A stretch of DNA of 64,000 bases from Eledone cirrhosa. Its lineage: Eukaryota. The position numbers and the translations under genes were made by a program. The notes under the pieces are model-generated. The model saw only the letters and a list, made by a program, of their open reading frames with translations. It had not been told where the DNA came from and ran no database searches. This document shows positions 39,923-52,561 of the stretch, piece by piece. The stretch is from positions 77,934,001 to 77,998,000 of the forward strand of contig OZ024742.1 of NCBI GenBank assembly GCA_964016885.1, given 5' to 3'. Position 1 is the first letter of the stretch; each line of letters begins with the position of its first letter.

Positions 39923-41054
39923 AGGTAACAGATATCATAATTTCTATACACTAAGTCAAAGAGATAGTTATTATTCACAAACTGCTTCTTCTGAAAACTA
40001 AGCAAATGACGAACAATTATATTGGCCAATAATGTAGTGCGTGTTTGTGGAAGACAAGCAACTACAAACCGTTCAGTAATCAATGCAATGCTGTATTGAT
40101 CAGTAAACTGAAACGATAATCTATTTTTTTTTTAGATTCTTTTATTTAGTTTGATGTCTTCGTGGCAGAGTAGCATCTTAGGTATAATTATTGTTTTGTA
40201 ACAGTAACGATGTCTATTTGATTCGTTTGGCATAAGAAAACGTCTTGTCTAGCTAGATATAGTATGATTACATATCTATGATGAATTTATCTCCATCAAT
40301 TTTAGCGCTACATGTCATCTTGGAAAATATATAAAGTTATAGTTAACAGAACTCTATACAATTTCTACTAAAAGTAAATGTACGTAAGAAAGTTTTCATA
40401 AGACGAATAATCATCATACTATCGACGTTTTTCTTAATAATGATAACGCTACGATGTTTCGTTCTTTATTTTTCAGCAAACCATTTTGTTATTTTCTTTC
40501 CATATAGATTATTTTTTCCTATAACTATGTGTACGGTGCACCGATACATATATTATATATATTCACATCTATATACTTATTTTATTTGCATGTATGAATG
40601 TGTCATCTCAATGATAAAACACGTGATCAAAAGCTGTCTGGGTTTATGTTATAATACCTGTCCTCCTTTGTTCTAGCTTAACAGTGGAGAATGGTCAATA
40701 CTGCTTGTCATGAAAGTTGACAGCCAATATTTTCCTGTTTTATTTTATGGCAGCAAATGTTGGCAAGGTATTATCATTCATTGAAGCAGGGTGTCAGATA
40801 GAAGGTACGAATATAACAAACGCTGTGTAATGCCATACGTTGTGTAGGAGGGGAACAAAACAACAACAGCAACCAAATACTTAAAAGGCGTGTGACAAGG
40901 GACCACTCATATATGTAGATATGTAACAATTATAGCATACGCATTATACATACTTAGTATGACGTACATATATATACATACATACGTACATACACGTACG
41001 AATGCATGCTTACATATGTAGATTTCTATACATACGTACGTGCATATATACATA

Positions 41055-41122
<68 letters not shown>

Positions 41123-41138
41123 AATATGTATATATATA

Positions 41139-41262
<124 letters not shown>

Positions 41263-41535
41263 GAGAGAGAGAGAGAGGGAGAGAGAGAAAGTAACATACA
41301 CAATACATATGTCACCGTTTGCAGACGAATTATTGTATTGTGAAAACTATGAATGATAAACATTGGAGAACCAGAATAGATAAAACATACTAAATTGAAA
41401 TAAATATTCTGGAAATCTACCTACAACATGAGTGATAACTACCCCGAAACTAATTTGATTTTTATATTCGTAAATATATATATTAACATATTTACCTTCT
41501 TATGTAAATACATACATACACATGTATATGTGTGC

Positions 41536-41648
<113 letters not shown>

Positions 41649-41720
41649 AGGGGTGATATCAGAGTATTTCTCTCTCCTCTTCTCTCTATCTATTTCTGTA
41701 TGTATGTATATATATATATA

Positions 41721-41847
41721 TATTAAAATAACAGATTAAAGTTAAAGCAAAGAATCGGTGCTTTCACCCTTAACGGGATCTTCTGAAGATCCCGTTAAGG
41801 GTGAAAGCAGCGATTCTTTGCTTAAAATTTAATCTGTTATTTTAATA
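41721..41847. repeat. 127-bp palindrome centred on a hammerhead-like core
   Basis: Centre gggatcttc-t-gaagatccc (41784); CTGAAGA-t ccc gttaa ggg t-GAAA. Confidence 0.88.
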
Positions 41848-41950
41848 AATATTTTGCTCTACGGTTCTTGTATATTTGATATATATTTATCCTTATCGAG
41901 CCCTCTTTGGATTTTAGTCTTCAAATTTATTATTATTACTATATATATAT

Positions 41951-42028
41951 ATTACCCACTCTACTACCCTAAGTATTGAGTACTCTGGTGCGTTATTGTC
42001 CTTCTGGTTCCTTACCACAACTCCTTCG

Positions 42029-42030
<2 letters not shown>
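41951..42030 (+). mobile_element. 3'-tail element copy between (TA)n tracts
   Basis: attacccactctactaccctaagtattgagtactctggtgcg. Confidence 0.8.
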
Positions 42031-42062
<32 letters not shown>

Positions 42063-42067
<5 letters not shown>

Positions 42068-42593
42068 AATAAAAGGCAGAGTTAATAACTCATACTGATA
42101 CCCTGTAATTAACAAGCTCAAAGTATAAATACTGAGCATTTTAATAATATATGTAGTAATAATTACAGTAAATCGTGTGTCTAAAATTCCGAGGGTTGAA
42201 ATACCACATTTGTTTGAGAGAGTTAATCAGAAGCAAACGGAATATACATAAAATAAAATAAAATATATAGTGACCGCCTCAATAATTATTACATCGCCCG
42301 GACTGATTATGAATTTAATCTGTTTTGCCCTGAGAATTGTGTTTGTAACAGATAATCCGTGGGCATCATCAGCGACAGAATAGATTAAATGAAAGAAACA
42401 CCTAAGCCAAAAGCCACACGAATGAATATTTCACCTCGTGTGCTAGAAGTCAAAAGTGGTGTAAGTGGATTGGCCTAATACACCCAACTTATAAGCTCAC
42501 CTAGTAGGGAGCTGAAATACAAATAAAAGGCAGAGTTAATGACTCATACTGATACCCAGTAATTAACAAGCTGAAAGTATAAAAACTGAGCAT
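42063..42593 (-). mobile_element. Partial tandem element (454-bp period, 77-bp terminal direct repeats) with a decayed hammerhead at 42296-42377
   Basis: 42063-42139 matches 42517-42593; minus strand gtcg-CTGATGA-tgccc..gggc-AAAA-cagatt..aatcag-TC/cggg. Confidence 0.72.
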
Positions 42594-42620
42594 ATTATAT
42601 ATATCAATCTCGCATTGAAA

Positions 42621-42708
42621 TGACTTGTACAGGATTAGAACTGCTTTATTCGTATCAAATAAATATATGGAAATAAGGTATGAAACAGTTCTAGTCATGT
42701 AGAAGTCA
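42621..42708. repeat. Small inverted repeat made of the 3' half of the 27851-type hammerhead
   Basis: GAAAcagttctagtcatgTAgaagtca at 42682-42708 and its inverse at 42621-42647. Confidence 0.7.
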
Positions 42709-43611
42709 CTACTATATAGCATTAAAAAAATGCTTTATAATCTACTAATGTATTGAGTGCCTTATTTACATGTGGTTACCTCCAACACAGCTCGGGAATC
42801 TATATATATATATATATACGGGTACACACACACACACAAACACACACATATATATATATATATTTGTATGTATGTATGTATGTATATATGTACGCATGTA
42901 TATGTGTTTGATGGTAGGTGTGTATGTTCGTTTATGTATTCTATAAATTATAAGGCGTGCAATATCAGAGACTGCCAAAAACCATTTAACTCGATACATC
43001 TCTATTTCTACACCCATAATTATACATATATGTTTAATTGACCATAAAATCTGTTATCTCTTTCAGAGATTTTGTCTGCTGGCGATTATATTTTCATTTC
43101 AGTCGAGGAACAAGGTAAAATGAATGAAGAGGAAACAGATTGTCATAAATCACTTACGTTTCCTTCGGTTTCCTGTCAGAATTCGATGAAATATCACTTT
43201 ATCAACATTCTTGCTGGTAGTTGATGATGGTACGTGTTGCCAAGAGCTGACATGCGCTGTGAGAAATCCCTTGTGAACGTGAATGAATTTTCCTATTATG
43301 TACATTTATATATATATAAGTATATATATATATGATATATTATATATGATATATATATTTATCATATATACAGTATATATATATATATATATATATAAGT
43401 ATATATATATGATATATAAATTTATCATATATATATAGACACAAATATAATATATAAATGTGTGTGTGTGTGTGTGTGTGTGTGCTTGTGTATGTCATAT
43501 ATACAGTATATGTATATTATATATCTAAACATATCTAAGCAGGGACATACATATTTACGTGCACACAAATACCTCCACAAAACACGACGGCAAAAGATGT
43601 CTTCACCTTTA

Positions 43612-44760
43612 AATGAAAGAGGGTGTGGTAAGATCCCAGGTGGACCATATAAACCAGAGTACTCAATACTTATGGTAGTAGAGTGGGTAATAGGAAAAGA
43701 GTCTCTGTTTTGTTTGTTTGCTTTCAACTATATATATTAGTTGAAAATGATCAAATAAAACAGAGAAAGCAATTTTACACAGTTAAACTACTTATATGCT
43801 TGGTGGAATGAGAGGATGTTTCGACGTTTCGTACAGTATATATATAATTCTGTCGTTATTTGTGGATAGCTGTTGACCTTGGGCAGCTAAAATCAGATCA
43901 TACATGTCTTTAGTAGCACAGATGATTTGAATCATTGCTGGCAAATTAAGTTTATGTGTTTCCATACAGTGTAATAGCTGTTGTGTTTCTCTGTGTTCTT
44001 CTTGGTTTAATTTGGAATTCCCTTTTAATGTTATCTTTTTGTTCGTTTTTCTAACTTTTGCTGTTGATTGATGTGTTTTTTTTAAACTTTTCTTCGATGT
44101 AGCTTCTTTCTTGCCTGTAATATATGTTTTCTTTATACATAATAAAATGTTTTTTTTTTCTTCTCCATTCTCTTATAAGTCGAATCTACTACATTTGCTT
44201 GCTTCTAAGAAATTTCTAGTATCAGTCTTAGAACTTATATTCTCTTAACATCAACTATTTTCTTATAATTGGACGGATGTGGACTTCTATCTATTATCGT
44301 ATATCTACGATCAGGTTCCATAAGTCTTTTGGACTTGATTCTGTAATACAATTTTCTTCAAGGTTCCCTTCATATCGGTCTGTGGTTATTTATGAATTCC
44401 ATCTAATCAGAACTAATTAAAACATTAGTTGTGATATAATTCCGTGAATTGAGTGTTTGGATCTAATTCAAAATACCCAGTTTCAATTTAATTTGCCTTA
44501 TCGTATAGGAGCTTTCACATATTTGTCTAAATCCCTACTTATTTTGCCATATCTTTGCTGAATATCTAAGCAATGCTATATTTTCCAACTGGATATTACC
44601 TCATATTAATATATCTAAGTCACCTATATACAAGCTATGTTTTATAGTTTAACCGTTCGTATTTATAACCATTGTTGTTATCGTTTAACAGATTTGTTAG
44701 GCTATTACAGTTAGATAAAATAGTAGAAGGGATATTCTTCCCCCGGGAAGATTACTCTTT
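43612..44760 (-). mobile_element. Possible very decayed Penelope-like element ending in the shared 3' tail (43612-43700)
   Basis: Tail match is clear; upstream only a weak KFLEA-like motif (~44200). Confidence 0.35.
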
Positions 44761-44866
44761 CTCTGGGTATGTGGTTGGTTTTAATACCCACCTCTTTCCA
44801 TCATAATTCTATGGTTGTTTTCCATGTTCCCATGGTATCGATGATGCATTTTGTTAGTATTGGGGC

Positions 44867-45006
44867 AATCCTGCCGAGGTTAGGTATGTTTTTCATCCTT
44901 ACGGGATGGATTAAATAAAGTGTCAGTAATGCAATGGGGTCAATTTAATCGACATTCCCCTCCTCCAAAATTGTTGGCCTTGTGCTAAAATCATAAACCA
45001 TTATTT
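44867..45006 (+). mobile_element. SINE 3' fragment
   Basis: aatcctgccgaggtt..ttcatccttacggg..ggccttgtgc..attatt. Confidence 0.75.
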
Positions 45007-46528
45007 ATGTGGATTTCTCCTAGCATCCATGAGTGCACTGCACTATTATATGCTCTTCGCCAATAAATTCATGCTGAGATTTGTTTCCATCCTTTTGTTA
45101 TCTTCTATAATAACATTGTTCGTCATTAGCTGTGCTTTACAGCCATATGTTCCTTTCCGGTACTCTTTAAAGTATTATACATATCATTTTCCTTTACCTC
45201 GGTGAGTAAATGGTGAGTTATAGAATTTTGAATTTGAGAATGATGTATGTTACTAGCCTATAGATTTGGATAGTTCATATATTTTCCTTCCGAAAATAAA
45301 TGTTTTTTTCTCCCTCCAGCAATCATTCAGGTTTTCTTTCAAGTCTTCTAATTCACTGAATGAACATTATCATGGGTTGAGAAACTTATCAGCCTCATAA
45401 TTCTTTTAGCTCCTTGCAATATAATTCCTAATGTGTTGGTGAGTTCCTAATCAGTTATTGTAGGCCATGGTTGCTATGCTATTATATTTCTTATTATTTT
45501 CAGACCCATTATACTTTACGACTGAATTGAACATGTTGTTCCATACTCCCTCCTAATATGCTTGATTTTTTTTTTTTTTTTTTTTTTATTAGTATGTCAC
45601 ATTTTGTCGGTCAACTTTCGGTGATTAATCAAGGCTCGTTGGTTGTCAGGCCGAAAAGAGTAAACTATTGAAACATTGGTGATTCCCCGATAGATTTGTG
45701 GTCGAACCTGCAGCAGAGAAGACTTCCGGCGTTCCGGGACACCGGACTACAACACTACTCACTACTATCGAAGCGGAGCTTACTACCAGCAGTAGCGAGC
45801 AACGCTAGAATGATTATTCCAACGTGTCTCTTTTGCCATACTCCAGAGCAAGGTTTTCTCCATTCTGTACAGTTGGAACATGAGGCGGCCCACACATGGG
45901 CTACAACACACCAATGAACATCTTCTCAATCTGTCCGAGTCGGAATCACTGAGCAGCATTGCTGAGTCGGTCAAATAGTAGATTAATTGTCAAAGCGAGA
46001 AACAACCGTGCATAAATCTTCACCTATATACAAATAAACAGTTCTTAATATACCTGTAAAATGCTTTTCATTATATTTGATCGAAATGTCGTCCCCTCTT
46101 TGAACATGTGATCATGATTTAGAAGCATCTTATCCTGCATTCTTTTGATGAAGGGATTTATTTAAGCTATTTGTGGGCTCGTGTCGTCACAATCGACTGC
46201 GGTGTACATATATAGAAAACGTTATTCATATACATCATTTATGATTGTGAATGGAAAAAAAGCCTACAGACTTTAAAGCTCGAACAATGGACGAATTGTA
46301 ATGAGAGAGAGTGGGAAGATTTCCTAGATGGACGGATAGCTATCCATTGAAATCCTATGTATATGCCGTTAGGGAATTAGATACACATATTGTATTAACG
46401 TGTATAGGTATATTCATTATATAATAACGAAAGGGGAAAAATTAAATAGTAAAAGTAAAGTAGAGCGAGGGAAGGGGTTCGAAGTGCGTGGCAGTCTTTT
46501 CAACTCTATCTAGGTGGTATATCTCAGT

Positions 46529-46850
46529 TGTAACCCGCGGATAAAATGGCAAAGGCCTTGCCACTGCGAACAACAAAAGACAACCACGCGCAGCTACTCC
46601 ACCTCACACGGTTCCTTTCTCAAGTGGAATACTTTCTTACCAATTTTTTGAAGAAAAATGTCAGTTCGTGGACCAGGGCACGAGAAATCTCGACTGCGGA
46701 CGGCATGCTAAAAAAACAAACAGGTGATCAAGTCGCGGTATTGGTTGTCTTACCCACCTCACCGTTACGGTGACAATGCCCGAATCTGTAGCCGAAGCGA
46801 CAATATTGCAAGTGTAGACCGTATCACAACACCTGGTGTCGCAGATTACA
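46529..46850. mobile_element. Candidate solo LTR
   Basis: Termini tgtaacccgcg / cgcagattaca (9/11 inverted match); flanks cagt/gagt resemble a 4-bp TSD. Confidence 0.35.
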
Positions 46851-47039
46851 GAGTTAGCTCCCTGGAACGGAAAGACAATTATCCCTCCTAGGAGCTAAAT
46901 ATATTTGCTGTGAATGTATAACATTATGACCTCTTTCCGAAAAACACATTTATTTAATCTAAAGCTGCTTCAAATTTGGAATAAAACGTTTCCTAGAACT
47001 TTCCCTGTCTCTAATACTTTTTCCCTGCATTTCCCCCCA

Positions 47040-47043
<4 letters not shown>

Positions 47044-47127
<84 letters not shown>

Positions 47128-47525
47128 TGTGTGACTCTCCTTTTTTATCACCCTATTCTCATTTGTTCTCAGGTTTTTTCTCTCGTTCATACCAATGTTG
47201 ACGTCAAATTCTGCATTTACTTCACTTATTGTTTCCTTTCATTTTTGCTCTCACTTTTTCCTTATTTCTCTCAATCTTTCTCTCGCTCTCCCCCCCCCTC
47301 TCTCTCTTTCTTCTCTTCCTCTCTCTTCTTTCACTTTTTCCTTATTTCTCTAAATCTTTCTCTCGCTCCTCCCCACAATTCTCTCTCTCTCAATCTTTCT
47401 CTGTCCCCCCTCTCTCTCTGACCAAGAAAATCGTAGTCTGTTTTGTATCATCATCTCATCTCTCTCTATTCTCTTCCTCTCTCGTATTTCGCTTTTTATC
47501 TTCCTCTCCTTTTCTCCCTGTCCCT
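47044..47525. repeat. (CT)n and polypyrimidine low-complexity tract
   Basis: Direct reading. Confidence 0.9.
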
Positions 47526-47661
47526 CAAATCCCCGCCGCAGCACAACAGGGGAATTATATATACCTAAGTGCAAGAAGAAGGTTAGCATAAAAAGAGAAG
47601 TAGATATTGATAGAGGGAAAGAGAGGAAATAAGAGAAAAGGGAGACGAGCCCGGAAATATA

Positions 47662-47773
<112 letters not shown>

Positions 47774-47828
47774 GGAGAGAGAGAGAAAGAGAGATTGTAT
47801 GGGATTATTATTATTATTATTATTATTG

Positions 47829-50800
47829 TTCTTTGAGTCTCAGTCATTGATGTTAATTAACTGGAAAGTTTGTTGAAATGAATATCAAGCCACTACCTGC
47901 AGCCTCAGATATTCAGGGCGTATCGGAGGGTTCTTTCTGTTCCCAGCAAGTATGCCTTTTGAAGCATACCAAAAGGCGTGGCGGCGCCAATTTTCTTTAA
48001 CCATCCCTGGAAACTTTTTGAGATAGTACCTAGTGCGCCTATGACAATCGGGACCACTTTGACTTCATGGCAGTTCCAAATCCTTTTTACCTCCCACTTT
48101 AAGTCCTGGTATCGGTTAATTTTCTCCCTCTCCTTCTCTTGCACTCTCCTGTCGAATGGGCAGACCGCATCCACAATCAGGCACGATCTTTTTTCCTTGT
48201 CCAAAACCAGCAGGTCAGGACTATTGTGTTCGAGTTTCTTGTCCGTCTGTATCCTAAAATCCCACAGCACCTTCACCTGATTGTTTTCTATCACCGACTC
48301 TGGCTTATGCTCATACCACTTCTCAGAATGTGGTAAATTGTTTACTTTGCATAGGTGCCAGTGGATAACCATGCCCATCAAATCATGTCTCCAGCCCTTA
48401 TAGTGAGTCTGGGCTAGGTGTTTACACTCGGATACAATGTGAGCCACAGTCTCCTCTCCTTCTCCACAGATCCTGCACAGTGGGCTATCCTCCTCCTTGT
48501 AAATGTGGTGTTTCAACCACTTCGTTTTGAGGGCCTGCTCTTGAGCAGCCATTAGCATTCCTTCTGTAGCCTTTTTAAGGTCTCCTCTTTTCAACCAGTT
48601 CCATGTCTGTGGATCTCTGAATTCAGTTTTCTCAAAGAAGGTACTATGAAGGGATTTTTCATGAAGGCTGCTCTTTCTCCTTGTTGTTATTTCCTCCTTG
48701 GACATCCCCTGGTCTATTGTTCTCTCCTTCAGTACAATTCTGAGCATTGGCTCCTTACTATCAGTCACGTATTTGTGTAGGTTGTTTTTCTCCATCTGAA
48801 CACAGTCCTCTATGCTGATAAAACCTCTTCCACCTTCAGATCTCCTTAAGTAGAGTCTATCGACATCACTCCTCTTGTGGGACATGTTGTAGATAGTCAA
48901 TAGCTTCCTAGTCTTCCTATCCATTTCTTTTTGTTCAGCAACATTCCATCTCAGAATTCCCGAACTGTACCTAATAATAGACACAGCTCGGGAATTTACT
49001 GCACTTATGGCATTCCTACTGTTCATATGTGACTTTAATACGCTCCTTACTCTCCGAATGTATTCATATATTATCAATTCCTTCATTTTTTGTTCTTGAT
49101 GTCATCAGCCTCCAGACCACCCAAATACTTGTATCCTTCTTCAGTGTCAATTTCCTTTATCATCTCACCTGTTTGGTACCTGGATTCCGTTGCTTCTGCT
49201 CAATTTACCACTCTTCATCACAAGGACTCCACACTTACTAATACCAAATTGCATACATATATCATTCCTGAAAATACGGACAGTGTCAACAAGCATATCC
49301 AATTCCTTCTCACTCTTCCCGAAGAGCTTAAGATCGTCCATGTAGAGGAGGTGATTGATGGTAAACTCTCCCTTTCCCAACGTGTATCCTGCTCTCACTT
49401 TTCGCAGTATAATGGTCAGGGGCATCAGGGCAAGGACAAACAACAGAGGGGACAGACTATCTCCCTGGAAGATACCTCTCTTGATCTTCACGCCTCCCAA
49501 GGATTATCCAGCTGATGTTAATTCTGTTTTCCAGGACTTCATACTTTTGCCCAACATCTGTCTGATGTTATCTGCCACCTTGAAGATCTCTAGACTTTTC
49601 GTGATCCAAGAATGAGGCACCATGTCAAATGCCTTTTTGTAGTCTATCCACCCTATTGCAAGCCCAGTGTCTCTCCTCTTGCAATTCCTCATTACAGTCT
49701 TCTCAATAAGTAACTGGTCCTTTGTACCACGGGACTTCTTTCGGCATCTTTTCTGTTCGTCCGGTAACAAGTTGTTTGTGTGGAGGTGATGGTAGATTTC
49801 CTCAGACATAATGCTTGTCAACAGTTTCCAAATTACGGACAGACATGTGATAGGTCTATAGTTGGTAACATCATTACCCTTGATTCGTCTTTCATTACCA
49901 GAACTGTGGTACCATTTGTCAACCACTCTGGTACCTCACCTGACATCAAGCAGTCATTGAACATGGTTGTCAGTTTCGGGTGGCGGGATGTTATATTTTT
50001 AATCCAATACCCCTGCACACCATCTGGACCAGGTGATTTCCAGTTGGTTAGTTTTTTGGCCTGCCCCTTGAGAGTTTCAACTGTGATACTCAAATCAGTT
50101 GAGTTGTGTGTCTGTTCACTAATCCCCTTTTGTACTGTCTCAATCCACACCGCCTGGTCATTATGTTTAACATCCTGCTCCCATATTCCTCTCCAGAATG
50201 TCTTAGTTTGTTCCGCCTCGGGGATCAAGTCGTTGCCTCTTTCTTTCCCTTCAAGCTGTCCAAACAGCATCTTCTGGTTGTTGTCAAACATGCGGTTCTG
50301 TCTATACTGACTGACTCTGCTCTCGTATCGCCTAATTGTTGCACTCTTTGCTACAATGCGTTGCTTCAGTTCCTCTATAATAATATTTAGCTTTTTCCTC
50401 CTAGTTTTGTACATTATTTCCAGTCTATTTTTAGTGTCTATGTTTTTTAGTGTCCCATTCAGTAGGGACTCAAGCTTTCCAATGTCATTTCTCATTTCCC
50501 TGATTTGACCATTCAGTCGTTTCTTCCACCAAGGTTCTGATTTTTCTTGTTTGTTGTTTCCTCTCGCTTTTATGCCAAGTAATTTCCTCACCGCATTTGC
50601 TGTTGCTTTGAGGATATTGTTGCACTGGTGAAGGCTCCTCGCCTCAAGGTATGGGATGACTTTGTTTACCTTAGCTGTTGTTTCTTTTAACTTTTTCCTG
50701 TCTACAAATCTTAGGTTCATAGGTTTCCCAATATCATTGTTCAATTCATCTACCACTAAGTTTAGGATATCAACCAAATCTTGTCCTAGCCCGTCAGCAT

Positions 50801-51315
50801 TCATCTCCTCAATGGCCGTATCTCTGTTCCAGGTATAATTTATTTCAGCATTCAGATCATTGTCTGCTTCGGATGGTTCCTCCGTTCTCTCAACATCTTC
50901 ACCTTCATTTCCCACTGGCTCGTTTGCCTGGCATACTCCACTCTCCATTTCCAAGCTAATCTCTCTGCTCAGTTCCTCCAGTTCCAGCTCGCTTATCCAC
51001 CCATTAGTTCTTATTACCCGAGCCTGCCGGCCAATTTTTGTTCATCTAATTTAAATAGACCAATCTCGTTCCAGATGTTATGCATCCGTTTCCTATAGCC
51101 TTTCTCCTTGGGTTACTCTTCAGGTAACATTGCATAACAGTTCTATTCAATTCTTTCGTCCAGTTGGTTCTGATCCCTTTCCTTCTTCTTCTTCCTCCGA
51201 CACCAGCAGTATTTGGTTGACAGCCAGGTCCCTGCTGTTGAGCCAGGGAGCACCTGCTGGGTGAGAGTCTGTCACATGACATTCCAGTCTTCACTTCACC
51301 GTTATTCGAACTGTT
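47829..51315 (-). mobile_element. Near full-length R4/Dong-type non-LTR retrotransposon (RT + RLE), ORF ~51282-47905 broken by frameshifts and a stop
   Basis: [86 protein letters not shown]; (TAA)n at both ends. Confidence 0.93.
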
Positions 51316-51337
51316 TATTATTATTATTATTATTATT

Positions 51338-52326
51338 GGCACCTGGAATGTTACCAGGCACTCACTGCCCTCTACCAAGCGGGCAATGCGATCAGTGGAA
51401 CTTCCACTCCCGAGTTCTATAGAGGATTAATGGTGGGCAAGTGCGATGACGCACTCGGAGAAGCTTTGGGCCTCGACGAAGTCGAACTGACCAGTCTGTA
51501 CCGGAGGACTTTTGAGCCGGGGACGATGGACAATTTCCAGAAATCCATCGCTTGGCAGTGCTACCGGGGGGGGGGGGGGACTGCCGGTTCGGGATAAACT
51601 CTACAGGCACGGAAGTGCTGTCAGACGGACCTGCCCAAGATGCGCACAGAACAACGAAACCGTTCTGCACGCACTTGTCCAATGTCCGTGCATTACTGAC
51701 TTGTGGAGTTATGTCGAACAGCTACTATCGCGTGTGGAACGAATCCGGCTATCGGCCGAGTCCATAGTGAAGATCGAGCCGCCACCTTCCTTAGGTCAGG
51801 AAGAGCAGGACATTTTCCTCTGCCTGGTGACAGTTGCGAAAGAGATTATATGGTGAACCAGGTTGAAAGAACTAAAGACAGACACTTTTCTCTTCGGCAA
51901 ATCCCTCATCAACTTCTTCAAGTTTCACCTGGAAAGGAGGGTGAGGGTGGAGAGAGAAATGCTGCCCCCCAGTACATTTGCTAAAAGGTGGGTGAATGTG
52001 GCGAGAATGACTCGTGTGAATGGGCCTACTCTGACCATGCGCCTATAGGCTAGCTAACTTGAGGAGAGGGGTGCTCTCCTGGGTGCCCTAGAAGCGCAGG
52101 GTGGTTCAGGATTGGTGGGGTACCCGAATCACCCCAGGGTCGTCCACCCCCTATCGGGGAATTTATTTTGTTATATTTATGCATAGTTTATCTCATATTT
52201 ATATATTTTCATTGTTAAATTAGTCTTGCCATTGTGCACTTTTACTCGACCTTATTGTAAACCCCCACTGTCCCTGTCTTTGTATTGTCCCCTACATGTC
52301 GGCCCTTGTGGCTAATAAATGAAATC
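51338..52326 (+). mobile_element. 5'-truncated L1/Tx1-type element (C-terminal zinc region + 3' UTR)
   Basis: LPVRDKLYRHG..CPRCAQNNETVLHALVQCP; homologous to 60225-61171; aataaa then (ATT)n. Confidence 0.88.
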
Positions 52327-52345
52327 ATTATTATTATTATTATTA

Positions 52346-52530
52346 GACGGTGGATTGGCAGTATTGGTAGAGAGTCGGACAACATGCTTTGAAGAATAGA
52401 GTTACCTCCCTTTATGATCTGAGTTCAAATCCCGCCGAGGTTAACTTTGCCTTTCATCCTTACGGGGTCGATAAAATAAAGTACCAGTAATGTACTGGAT
52501 AATTGCTGGCCTTGTGCCTAAAGTAGAAAC

Positions 52531-52531
<1 letters not shown>
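52346..52531 (+). mobile_element. Full-length tRNA-derived SINE with (ATT)n tail
   Basis: A-box tggcagtattggt, B-box gagttcaaatccc; five related copies in the window. Confidence 0.9.

Positions 52532-52558
<27 letters not shown>

Positions 52559-52561
<3 letters not shown>

Noticed and set aside
52346-52440. tRNA gene
   Set aside because: A and B boxes are present but there is no cloverleaf, and it continues into a SINE body
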